From the NCBI GenBank assembly GCA_012026655.1, contig JAAILG010000642.1, positions 1 through 64,000 on the forward strand: a stretch of 64,000 nucleotides of DNA, read 5' to 3'. How positions within the stretch are numbered: position 1 is the first letter of the stretch; every line of letters begins with the position of its first letter. Source of the stretch: Hydrolagus affinis. Its lineage: Eukaryota. The notes below the pieces were generated by a model. The model was not told the origin of the DNA, did not search any database, and saw only the letters and a list, made by a program, of their open reading frames with translations. The position numbers and the translations under genes are program-made. Shown one piece after another: positions 24,759 to 36,739 of this stretch.

Positions 24759-25062
24759 ATAATGATAATAATAATCCTTGCATTTGATGTAGAGCTTTTC
24801 ACGTCTTCTAGATGTCTCAAAGCGCTTCGCAGAATATACTGTAAAGTGAATCGACTGTATATTTGTGGGCGAAAAGCGGAAACCAATTGCACACAGCAGT
24901 GTCCCCACAAACCGTCCTGGATTGAAATGACCAATTTTTTTTTAACCGATTATTATTAGGCGTGTGAAGTAAGGAAACTTGCCCACGGTTTCACGCTGCC
25001 TGGAATTGAACACAGGTTCTCTCGCTTGTAAGGCGAGTGCTCTAATCACTGAGCTACAGGGC
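24759..25062 (-). mobile_element. tRNA-derived SINE, full length
   Basis: Family consensus on the minus strand. Confidence 0.92.
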
Positions 25063-26289
25063 CCCATGATGGTGGAAGGCAAACTGCATGGACCTTGGTC
25101 TTCTGTGGCCTAGCAAATTCTTACAGTTTAGATTGTCAGTTATTGTGTTTAGTCGCTGTGAACCAAATGCCTGTCCTGCCTCCTACCCCAACTCCCGCTT
25201 ATACAGGACCTTTCAACGTAGAAGGTTATCTGAAAGCACTTTACAGTAGGAGAGTGGAAGCACTAATTTGATGAGATATATAGTGGATGTGAACTTAAAA
25301 CAGACTTGTCTTCCATTGTTCTGTCCGGGACTGCAATGCAAAGGAACAAGAATCAAGTAAACACAAATGAGCGATTAGAACAGGTGAATTCAGCATTGCT
25401 TTAATTGATACTGAGCCTATATGTCACTCTGTGTGACACTCTATACGAAACTTAATGAACTTGAAGCAAAATGGCAAACCGTTCAAAAGAGAATAATTCC
25501 AAACAACTTGAAACTTGCGGTGGTGGCGCTCAGAGGACTATAGCAGACTCCTCGATTATTAAATAATGCATTCACTGCGAGTGAGAATATCATTAGGTAC
25601 ATGAGGACCTGGGATTAAGTTGAAAACTGCTTAATAAAGGAATAGATTAGACACACCATGCAGATACATTTTTTTAAAAAAAAGAAAATGGTTATCACCA
25701 TCATTTAAAAATCTCCTAATTGTCATTGTCACTGGTCTCTCTTTAATTCTGAAGGAGTTATGGATTGACAGCCTAATTTGCAAAGAATACTGCTATCCAT
25801 AAACTAATTATATGTTGTAATTTCGCTTGCAAGGAGGAGGTGGGTTCTCATGAGAATCCAATCTTATGGAGAAGGTATTGTTAGCAGGAGTGTGTTTTTT
25901 TTTGTGTCTTTGGAATTTCTCTAAAGTGGCAATTTTTCACATGAATAGGCAAATTGTGACAGCGAGATTTGCTAAAATTAACCACACTCACACGGAAACT
26001 TATTATTTCGATACTGATGGACTTTAGCCGAGAAATTGAATGCAAAGAAAACGGTGATTAGAAAGGCCAACACGTTGCAGTGGAAGAGATTTGAATGTTA
26101 TTTATTTTCTTTAATTACTGCACGCGGAATTAGATTCCCCACTCCACCCCCCCACCCCCCCTGCCGGGAAGCAACTCACTTTTTCTCCATTTTAACTTTC
26201 CTGCAGAAGAGGTCAGTACTGTGGCTGGTGAATAACTTCGCCTCCCTCTCCCCCTTATCCTCTTTTCCCCCTTTCTCCCCTGGCCGCCA

Positions 26290-26510
26290 CATCCACGACT
26301 GTTTGTGGGACACCGTTGTGCGCAATTTGGCTGCCGCGTTTCGCCCACAAATATACAGTCAATTTTCCTACTTTCCTTCCCCCAACCACGACCCCTCCCC
26401 CCACTGCTCTGGTTCCAACCATGGGACGTTGTTGTATTCTGTGAAATGCTTTGAGACGTCGATAAGACGCGGAACGCGCTATATAAACGAAAAGATTATT
26501 ATTATTATTA
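26290..26510 (+). mobile_element. Chimeric SINE-core element, second copy
   Basis: Same junction as 20660-20700 (TACAGTCAATTTTCCTACT(C/T)TCCTTCCCC), followed by a SINE-type tail. Confidence 0.7.
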
Positions 26511-26847
26511 CCAATTTCAGCATCACTGAGGATTCGATGGGACTGATTGAAACATATGATAAATCGAGGGAACGAAAGGCTCTTCTCTTAGTGTAAAGTT
26601 TCCTCATCCCACTACCTTGGTAGTCTAATATTAGATTACCTTGGTAGTCTAATAGTCTAACACTGGTAATTTCTTGCGATGGCCCAAATCTAATCAAAAA
26701 CATTGTAAATATAAACGTTATAAATGTATAGATTTAAGGCCTTGTAGAATCAAAAGATCGGTTTAGATGAAGGAGGCTCTTTGGTCCTTTTGATTTTATT
26801 TATCCCAGAACAGCTCCGACCTACCGTCTTCCCATTGGAGCATTCCG

Positions 26848-28501
26848 GGTTTTTTTTTCTTAAAAAAAAGTTGTTCATTATTCTCTAAAGAAATATCTAA
26901 AGCTATATCTTCAGAGAGAATATTTTCCAAAGATACCCTACTTGCATCTAAAGTTTTCCACTGACTGTGCTGAAGTTGGCCTTTGCAAGCGCGAGCCCGC
27001 ACCATCTTGTTCTGCTATCGCCGTAGATCCAGAAGTCAAGTGTTCAATTGATTTCCTCAATCCCATTTCCAATCCACTGTAAGGTCACTTTTTTTTTAAC
27101 ACTGGAGAGCCCGAGCTTGTCTAATCGTTTCTCAAAGCCTCAAAGCAAACTGCTTTGGACCAAAGTAAGATTTGTAACATTCAAGTCCAAAATCAATAGC
27201 TAATGCAGTAGTTATGAATGTCACGAGAGGAAAGCGAGAGCTTAGGTTTTTTTTTACATAAGCAACAGAATTTTGAGAATGCAACTTCAAATCGGTACAA
27301 CACCAAATACGGTTAAGATTAATTTTGTCTCTAGGACCTGATTCTGAATTCAGTACAGATAGAGTGGGATGACATCTCCACATCTCGTGGAGTCCTGTAG
27401 CTCAGTAGTTAGGGCCTTACAAGCATGAGACCTGTGTTCGAATCTAGGCAGGTCAGGGCGAAACCTTGGGCAAGTTTCCTTACTCCACATGCATAATAAT
27501 AATACCTCAAAAAATACTTTAAAAAAAAAACAAAATTGGTCATTTCAATCCACCACTGTTTGTGGGACACTGCTGTGGGCAATTGGCTGCCACATTTTGC
27601 CCACAAATATACAGTCAAGTCACTTTACAGTATATTCTGTGAAGCGCTTTGAGACGGCTAGAAGACGTGAAAAGCGCTATATCAAATGCAAAGGATTATT
27701 ATTATTAATATTATTATTATCTATCTCTCTTTCTCTCTCCCTCTCTCCCTCTCTCTCTTCCATCGTTTAATAGTCAGAATCAGAATGAACTTGGACAGAG
27801 CATCGAGGGTACATCATGAATCTGATCAGAGTTTGTCAAGACAGTCATCGAATGACGTTCGCTTGGAGAGAGTTTGCTTGATAGCTGATGGAAAATTCAC
27901 ATTGATGTCCTGCGATGCGCTCTCCCAAGCCACAATAACTAACGGGAGTTTTCTTACATCCAACATCTTGGGAAGTGCTCGGAGCCGGCAAGTCCCGAAA
28001 GTTGGAAATGATTAAAAATTAAAACGCATCATCAGAATTAGGATAGATAGTCCCAGTTAAGCCATATTAAAGTTTAATCGTGACGTTTTGTACAAAATAA
28101 CTGCCGAGTCTTTCAGGGGAAAACTTGCGCAACTTCAAAGTTAACAGTTTATTCCAATTTTGCCAAGCCCTGCCAACTGTATGTGCTGTACTGCATGCCT
28201 TGCTCTCTCGACCGTATCGCTCTCCCTTTTCTACACAAGGATGGATGGAATGGGCTCCAGGTTAGACAGTGGATATCTCCCCCAAAAAAGGACTTGATGC
28301 TTTGGAGAATCGCAGTCAATGTCACTTGACGTTAATATTTTGGAGCACGGCGGTTCAGTAAACGCAACGAGATGAATGTAACCTGTATGTCTGCATTGTA
28401 TTAAAGAAGCAAAAATTACCTATAGGTAATTACCTCTAAAGATATAGCTTTAGATATTTCTTTAGAGAATAATGAACAACTTTTTTTTAAGAAAAAAAAC
28501 C
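26848..28501. repeat. Inverted repeat pair, ~68 bp (26848-26916 / 28434-28501)
   Basis: GGTTTTTTTTTCTTAAAAAAAAGTTGTTCATTATTCTCTAAAGAAATATCTAAAGCTATATCTTCAGAG is the reverse complement of 28434-28501, with 1 substitution and a 1-nt homopolymer difference. Confidence 0.95.
27389..27720 (+). mobile_element. tRNA-derived SINE, full length
   Basis: Family consensus. Confidence 0.92.
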
Positions 28502-31500
28502 TATATAGGTAATTTCTGCTTCTTATAGGTAGGCTCTAGGCAAAATAGATGCAAATGTGGAATTTCTTCTATTGCTGCTCAATCCTGTCTCACAGTTAAA
28601 ACACAGAAATAAGCACACAAAAGAATCTTTGGATTGAGATAGAATTAGGCTTCAACGCAGCAGCAAGGGATTTTATATGCGGGACTGTGTTTATCAGGTT
28701 TGTGAGAGACTTTTAAGTTCATAGGATGCCACCTTTGTAAATAATAGCAACTTTACCCATTCACAGGGAAGCGTCCCAGAACATTTGATTCTCCCCTAAA
28801 AAGTCTGTCCCACCCTCAGATAGAGGGGCTACATTGAGAGGTGAAGAGATATACAATTATTTCCGCCAAAGTGTAAATACCAAGAATATAACACAATGCA
28901 ATTTATATAGCACACCATATTTATATTGCGCACTTCACATTAGGAGGGCACCTCAAAGTGTTGACAGAACCCTCTGGCCACACAACAACAACAACTACAA
29001 CAACAAAATTACACTCTTATAGAGCTTTTCACATCAGGAGGACATCTCACAGGCCTGCTAAATAACACCGTCACTGCACTTCCCAGTACTGTACATTAAA
29101 AAATAGTACATTCAAAAGCAGTGAAAAGCACTACAGCAAATGGAAGGAATATTATTATTGTTGCATCCTGTGAAATGCTTTGAGACGCCCTCCCGACACT
29201 GTATCAAAATGCAAAGGTTAGGATTTTTTTTTTATTGCTGTTAGTTATGGTGAGGTGAAGCCACTTAAGTGGTCAAAGCTTTTTGTCAGCCTGGTTTAAG
29301 ATTGATTTTGAAGCAGAACCCTGTCATTGGAAAGACACTTAAGATTGTCGGAAGCTGATTTTACCTGGGACTCTTTATGGTCAAAACTGTGGATTGACCT
29401 TTTAACTGGAACTTGCAGGGGTGGAAATGATGACTGAAATTGCGGTGCCCTGGAGTATCTTATAATGATTTAAGGTCTCGATCACCCAGAGAGCAGCAAA
29501 TTGACATCCTTGGTACAGTATATTACAGCCTGAAGCTTTCAATTCGTAGGAAACCACACTCTCTCTCCATTTTTTTTCACAAAAATAGTCAGAATGGCTT
29601 ATCCACTACAAGCGGGAAGCAAATACTTAATGCAGACATCTGATAAAAGGGTCATTTTGGATATCGACTCGAATAATGGGATGAAAAAGCTGGCATTCAG
29701 GTCATTCAGCGGTAGAAATGATTTCTTAAATTCACCCCAACCGCACCAGTACTTCAAGAAGTGACAGAATACTCATCGAAAGTAAAAAATTATATAAAAA
29801 ATAAAAACGCTTTGTTTTTTGTCTTAAAGGTAGAGGGTTTTCTTTTCGAAAACGCGAGGGGTAAAACAATCTTCAGTATAAAATCCTCAAAACAGAATAA
29901 CCTTATTTATTGCTGATGTCAGTCAGTCAGTCAGTCAGTCACTTTATGCAGTTTGTGGACTCATCAGCATGTGCAAATTGGCTGCCGCATTTCACCTACA
30001 AAATACAAAGTCACTAACACTTTATAGTGAAACCTGTGAAACACTTTGACGCATTCTCCTGATATGAAAGGCATATCAAATTTGTTTCATCTTGATTATT
30101 GATATATTGACTAACACAGTGACCCCCGCCTTATCTTCCCACAGCTACATGGATTCTACTCGGCCTAACTTAAAATCCCAGCGATATATGACTGCCTGAG
30201 GATTAACACATGCAAACATGTAGGGAAAGTAACTTCAATTAGCACTATCACTCAGAATGCTCTGAGACTCTAAACTGCGCGAAGCCTGTTGTTCGAATAC
30301 TTGTCAAATTGAGCTCATCCTTGTTTTTGCTCAATCCTCCTTAGAACAATACTCTTCACATCTTTGTGCTCATCAGACGATATGGCACAGAATGCCAATT
30401 GGCAAGTTGTGCAAGTATGCCTTCTGATTCAGAGGAGCATACATTCCCCAGGTGTAGCAGTTGAACATTTCCCTTTCCTTAAGGACCGTATGTAAGATTT
30501 CTAATTAGTACTGAATTGCGAGTCATTTTCGTCTGTGAACTGATGCCCGAGAGCAACGAGAGTGGGCCAGACTCATTTTTACTGAGAGTCGTTGCGGCTG
30601 TCAGTGAAATGGGAATTTCAGCCCACGAGGTCCTGCTTGATCCTAATCCAAGATCCAGGGACGAAGGACAAGAGATATTTGCAAACATCCCAACCGTCCA
30701 ACACAATCAATTCATCTGAAATTACTTCACAGGATGAACAGCGCAGGCAAAGAGCAGATGGTCAGTGTGTTGGGATGGGGGCTTTGAACTGGGATAAGCC
30801 TATGTGGACTACAATGGCAAAAAGACTTTAATGAGCTTTCCTAAGACTCTCTTGAATGTGTGTTGCAACTATTAATAATCATCCTTGCATTTGAAATAGA
30901 GCCTCACCATGTCTTTGCTGCGTCTGAAAGCTCTTCACAAAAATTATTGTGAAGAAAATTTGCTGTGTATTATGTAGGCGAATATGTATACATAAGATAT
31001 CAACTATGGCGTTAAGATTAGAAAACTGAGAAGCCAGGGGCTTCCAAATTGACTGGCATTGCTCGCATGCTTTCTGACTTCCTCTTGACATGAAAAGCCC
31101 TATATCAAATGCAAGGATTATTACAATATACAGTATAAATATATACAGTATTTACACACGCATATACCAAGGCCTGCATGTCTGGTATTAAAATATTTCG
31201 AAATGCACATCGAATGTAAACCCTCGTTCAACAAGACTTTGACCGTATCTTGCTGTGGAACTGTCATGTGCTTCCTTGGTTGAATTGCTTCTTTATTTGT
31301 TCCACTCCAAGCGGATATCTTCCCCCCAAATTGGTGGTGGCAGTTGATGCATTTAACAGAACGCTTAGCCGCCTGGGTTGACAAGCCTTTCACGATGTGC
31401 GTTTTCACAGGGCGCGGTTAATTAATTTGGTTTTTCCAAAGCTTCTGGGTTCATCCGGCACGTTTCTCCCCCGCAAACTGACATCCTGTTACACAGTCGT

Positions 31501-32949
31501 GCTTGAACGGATCAGGAAAATGGACAGCAAAATGATTTCTTCGGCTGGAAGGAACTCACACGCAGCTGCCGGGAAAAGCCACTGATTACTGATCATCCTT
31601 TGGGAACGTCCTCGTTGTTTCTGCAGCCTGGTGGGAAATATTTTCTAATTCAACATTCTTTCTGGGACGAGGAGCAGTTGTCTAAGATGCCAACAAAGAT
31701 CTCAGCCACCTCTGAGTGAACGCTCGGCCTCCCTTGATAAATAACCACATTATTGCTTGTGCAATGGATAGCGCTGGCCTGTCAAAACATTCCCCCTAAA
31801 GTCATCCTTCGTGTTGAAGAGTAAATCAGGCTTGCCTGAGGAGGTCAGCGAGGTTAATTGGCTTTTGGCGTCTGAAATCCAAGGTGCATCTTGTCTTTCC
31901 CGGAGACGGTTCTGTTAGGAAGACGGAGGAATCGCTCTGGCTTGTGGTTGGAACCGGAGGAGGTGGCCGCCACCGACGGCGTGTGCGGAGAGGCGAAAAA
32001 ACAGCCAGTTGGAGTAGACACACAGGGATGCAAAAAGACCACAACCGGTTAGAAGGCAACAGACCTCATCACGGAACAGTAAGACCCCCCTAGTTCTAGT
32101 TACCGGAATAAATACTACTACACTACCAATAATAATCCTGGAAATGCACAGACACTGAAATAACGTGGGACCGTCCCTTGAAGAAAAACTTTTGGGGTTA
32201 CTACGCAAGCTTTCGGACACAATCCTTGTCGCATGTTAGGCTTGGTGACGGCGAACCTCAAGGGAAAAACACAAAGATTTTCCAGCCGCACTGTGACAAC
32301 GAGCAGCTTATGGCGAGCATCATAAACAACGTGATCCTTGTAGATCGTACACCGCCAGCAATAAGAAACGCGGAATGACAGTAGATAGGAGGGGCACAAG
32401 CAATAATTATCGCGCGATTTGAAATTCGCACGAGATTTGTGGCCTCAAATTACGAGGCCGGCGAGTGCATTTCAAACACTAGAGTGTCTGGTCGACTCGC
32501 AGCATTTATCATACGGAGATCATGACCCTGATAGGGGATTCTGCTTTGTTGCATTTCTTTGTGAGTTTGAAAAACACATTGAAATATGTTGTCAATTAAC
32601 GTGCCAGGATTCAGTGCCAGTTTGGCCCCCCCCAATCCGTTAAATGTGACTGAATGGAGATTACGCACACTTTTATTGTGGGAAGATTGCCTTCGGCACT
32701 AGAAAGACCGCTTTTGGTGGAGCTCGGAAAATGAACTCGACAGACTGTATTGCCGGGCATTTGCCACTGCTTACAATACGCTCTGCAAACTCGTTGATAC
32801 CCTTGGCAATAAAGAGATGAGAGTTCTATCCGGGCGTGTTGTTATACGTTTAGTTTGGTAAGGGCAATGGTCTCATCTGAACAAACTAGGGGACTGGAAG
32901 GAAGCAAGTTGTAACTTTTACATTGATAGCAATGGATGCCAGGAAAACA

Positions 32950-33420
32950 AACATTGTTTCTACTAAATAAAGGGTGATTTTATGAAATTGGATTGACAGA
33001 CACCTGGTGTATTGAGTGGGTTTGGATCCCTGGATTAGCCTGTACCCTAGACTAGCCAAACTGTACATACCCAGCATCATCTTATATCTTTGTATTCAAT
33101 GGCCCCTATTTGGGAAACCCAAGAACTCTTTCTTGTGAACTTCTAGATCCCTCGTACTTGTTACTTGTTTGGCCGATTTTATCCCAAGTGGTATATTTCC
33201 ATTAATTTCCACTCAAAGGTTTTCTCACCAACTCCCTCCCACTACCACCAAATCATGTGTTTACTACACATTTACATGCACTGAACTTAGGTTGCCACAG
33301 GTCTGCCCACTTTCTTAAACTGGTCTGTGCTTTCTGGCATTCATGTGGAGAATTTTCTCCTAATGTCCAAATGATGTAAATAAACAAGGCAGCATCTAGA
33401 CAGCTCCCGGAACATGCCAC
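32950..33420 (-). mobile_element. Ancient, highly decayed CR1 reverse-transcriptase fragment
   Basis: Minus-strand pieces in the correct order: G..SCLDAALFIYII (GSVLGPLLFLIYI), SLRKWADLWQPKFSACKCVV (WAxxWQMxFNxxKC), RDL.V, AIEYKD..MMLGMY. Confidence 0.75.
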
Positions 33421-34773
33421 AAGCTGTGTCTTGTCAATTCTTTCTCAAAGCCAGTAATCAATACACCATTAACTGCCTGAGTTGGGAGTAGATCAACTTT
33501 CTATCTCTGCAATATCCATCAAGGTGGGTCTTAAGACTCTTCAGGAACAATGATATGGCATCAATTCCTTAACACCTGTTGAGGGATGGAATGGGGTTGA
33601 GACAACACACTCTCACCAACCAAACAGCCATGTTTGTGAGCATCAAATTGGTAGGCAATGCACACTTTTGTCTCTCAGCTTCACTTCCACTCACTCTCAT
33701 CCATGAAAACAGTGTACTGTAATTGAACTGCGGACAGTTCTCTGAAGGTGGAACGACGCAGGGTATAAGTCAGACACAATTTTAACAATTCACATTTCCA
33801 GAGAGAGAGAAAAATCGATAATCTTGGCCCGTGCGACTCATTGCTGCCCAAAGCAACTCATTTAAACAGGATAGATAATGATAAATTATGTAAGGCGTTG
33901 GATGTAACGCCTTATCACGCTGTCAAGGTGCCTCAAAGCGATCCACACGATTCAATTAAAAGTGTAGTGACTGTGTGTATTTTGTGTGCGAAGCTGCCTC
34001 AACAAGATGAAACCAGCATGTTGATCTATTTAGCATTCAACCGCAAAGTGCAGACTTGTAAACTTACATGAAATTTGAATGGGGAAACCGTGAGTGGCGA
34101 ATGCATGTTAATAACAATAATAATCCTTGCATTTGTGACAGCTAGTGCCTTATCACACCTTTTAGTCATCTCAAAGCAGAGTATACACAGGGTATTACCG
34201 TTAAGTGAATTGACTGTATATTTTGTGGGTGAAATACAGCAGACAATAGCACACAGCAGGGTAATTTTTTTTTAATGAAAACAGAATTTTACATGATCTT
34301 TATCTAAAATTAGATTGTGATCGGAAACACTTTTTTTCAACTTGGATTTCAACCCAGGAGTGTTGCGTGTGTATGTGTGTGTGTGTCTGGCTATGATTAT
34401 CTGATAAATTGATAGAAAAAAAGTCATTTAAAAATGCAGTGAGATATTAATTCTCCGTGTAATTAATTGAGAGGAAGCAGAGTGACACGGGCAATGTGGT
34501 GAGAAAGGATTGAGTCCATCCGATTTGAAGTTGAGCATAACTAAGATCAAGTCCCTTAACTGTACTTTCATTACTATGCCAGCAACTCCTCGATATCACA
34601 TCCTTCACTCCAATTAATTCATCAAAGACAATGTCAGTGGTCGATGTGAAGGTTTTGCCAATTTCACTGCAACACGCGTTTACTTAAAAGCATAAAATCC
34701 ATATTTTTAGAACTGAATGAGCACATAATTATGAATAAAAGTAAAGTTTAAAGCTTCCAGTCCGCTTTACATC

Positions 34774-34910
34774 AGAACATAAGAAATAGGAGCAGGAGTA
34801 GGCCATTTGCCCCCTCGAGCCTGCCCCGCCATTTAATAAGATCATGGCTGATCTTCTAACCTAATTCCACTTAACCGCTCTATCCCATATCCCTCAATTC
34901 TTTTAGCTTT
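34774..34910 (-). mobile_element. CR1 3'UTR stub
   Basis: AGAACATAAGAAATAGGAGCAGGAGTAGGCCATT..CTCGAGCCTGCCCCGCCATTTAATAAGATCATGGCTGATC, the same family as 45053 and 48430. Confidence 0.85.
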
Positions 34911-36470
34911 TTTAAAAAAAACTGTGAATCAAACTAGGTTTCGTTCATGACTTTGGGAATGGATCGTATCCGCGGTAAAACTCGCGGCCAGAGCTAAGTT
35001 TAAAAGAAAGACTGGCTACAATCTGGCAAAGTTTTGCAACAGATGTCTTGAAGGCGATTGCTTTCAAACTTCTCTTTCCGGTGACGGTCGGGTTACCTGT
35101 CGCTCAACCAGTCATCATGTCCGCCAAAAACAACAACAACAACAAAATTACATTGATAGAGGCGCCTTTCACGTCGAGAGGACATCGCAAGGCGCTGAAC
35201 AGTCAGGAGGTGAAAATAATACCATGTTTTAAGGCTCTCTGTCCTCGGGCTTAATTTGAACATCTCAAAGGCTCTAATTGTTATATAGAATACACAGCAG
35301 GGAAACAGTCTATTCGGCCTAGCTGGAGTGAGCTGGTGTTTATACTCCACATGAATTCCCATTCACTGCTTCCTCCCCACTATAACACTTCAATTTCCTT
35401 CTCTCATATGTGTATATCTTAGGTAATAAGATGCTTTAGTTAAGAATCCAATTTGTGCAAATGTCTTTGTGTGTGTGTGTGTATGTGTGTGCGTGTGTGT
35501 GTGGGTGGGTGGGTGGGGGTGAGAAGGGGTCTCTTTCTGGTAACTGGAGACACTTCACAGCCGCCAACATGAAGTCCATTTCCGTTTGACGTAAATTCGA
35601 ATGGAATTATGCTAATTTCTTACAAATGGATTTTAAATTAAAAAAACGCTAACCTGTCCTTTATATATAGTTCCAGTCTCTTCTCAACTGTCAACATGCC
35701 TTAAAAACTGGACCGAGAAGCTCACTCTTGCACATACAGAGCGTGGATACTTACATTGCTTGTGTGTTTGTTTTACATTCCCATAAACGTCACCCTCAGG
35801 GCACCCAGCTTGTTAAAATGTTTTTCTAACGCTCGTAAAATATTCAGATTTTATTAGAAACTTTGCCCGTCCTATTAGTAGGGAAATCAGCCTGCTTGTA
35901 GCGCAGTGAAAACTGATCATTATAAAAAAAAGGAATCTACATGCAAAGCACAAAAAGTCCTGTGCAATTGGGCCCTTGTGCAATTAACTAAAAGTAGCTG
36001 CATTAGCACAGAGATAATTGCTTCAAAGGGTAGAAAACAAACAGGAACAATTTTCAGCCGTTCACATATTAAGGTCTCCGCGCAATTACGCAATTATACA
36101 AAATTGTTCTCAGTCTGTAAAGGCTGCATTGATGTTCTTTCTCTGGACAAAATGTAACAGTCTTTTCTACATTAGCAGTGATTTTATCTGCTGAGCGACT
36201 GCTGTATTTTTCCTATTAACATTGATAACTGGTATTTTTCCACACACAGAAGCGTCTGTAATGATTTTTTTCCCCTCATGGGATGAAGAGCAATCTTATC
36301 ATTTTAGCACCCTAGCTATTTAAAGGTACAGTAATGTAAAACACAATGAGTAGCTGCCTTATCGAAGCTTCCAATGAAGAGCGATTGCGGAGTATCACCT
36401 TAATCCAACATTGCTGCTCTCTCATTTTATCCTTGTGGTACAAACATCTTCAGTATAAGCGAATTTACAC

Positions 36471-36739
36471 ATAATAATAATAATCCTTGCGTTTGATATA
36501 GCGCTTTTCACGTCTTCTAGATGTCTCAAAACGCTTCATAGGATATACTGTAAAGTAAATTGACTATATTTGTGGGCAAATGTGGACTGAATCGACCAAT
36601 TGATTATTGTTGTCTTTTTGGGGATTAGTTTTAGGCGTGTGGAGTCAGGAAACTTGCCCGAGATTCCGCCCTGCCTGGGATCGAACCCATGTCTCTCGCT
36701 TGCCAGGTGAGTGCTCTAACCACTGCGCTACAGAACTCC
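36471..36739 (-). mobile_element. tRNA-derived SINE with an internal deletion
   Basis: Family head and tail present; part of the core missing. Confidence 0.88.

Noticed and set aside
26036-26596. Longest ORF in the track (186 aa)
   Set aside because: It has a TTG start, runs through low-complexity and SINE-derived sequence, and shows no recognisable domain.
30479-30831. Three overlapping short ORFs as a possible exon
   Set aside because: No recognisable peptide and no convincing flanking splice sites.
30872-31122. Apparent MITE with 14-bp terminal inverted repeats ATCCTTGCATTTGA / TCAAATGCAAGGAT
   Set aside because: Both arms are SINE tails in opposite orientation.
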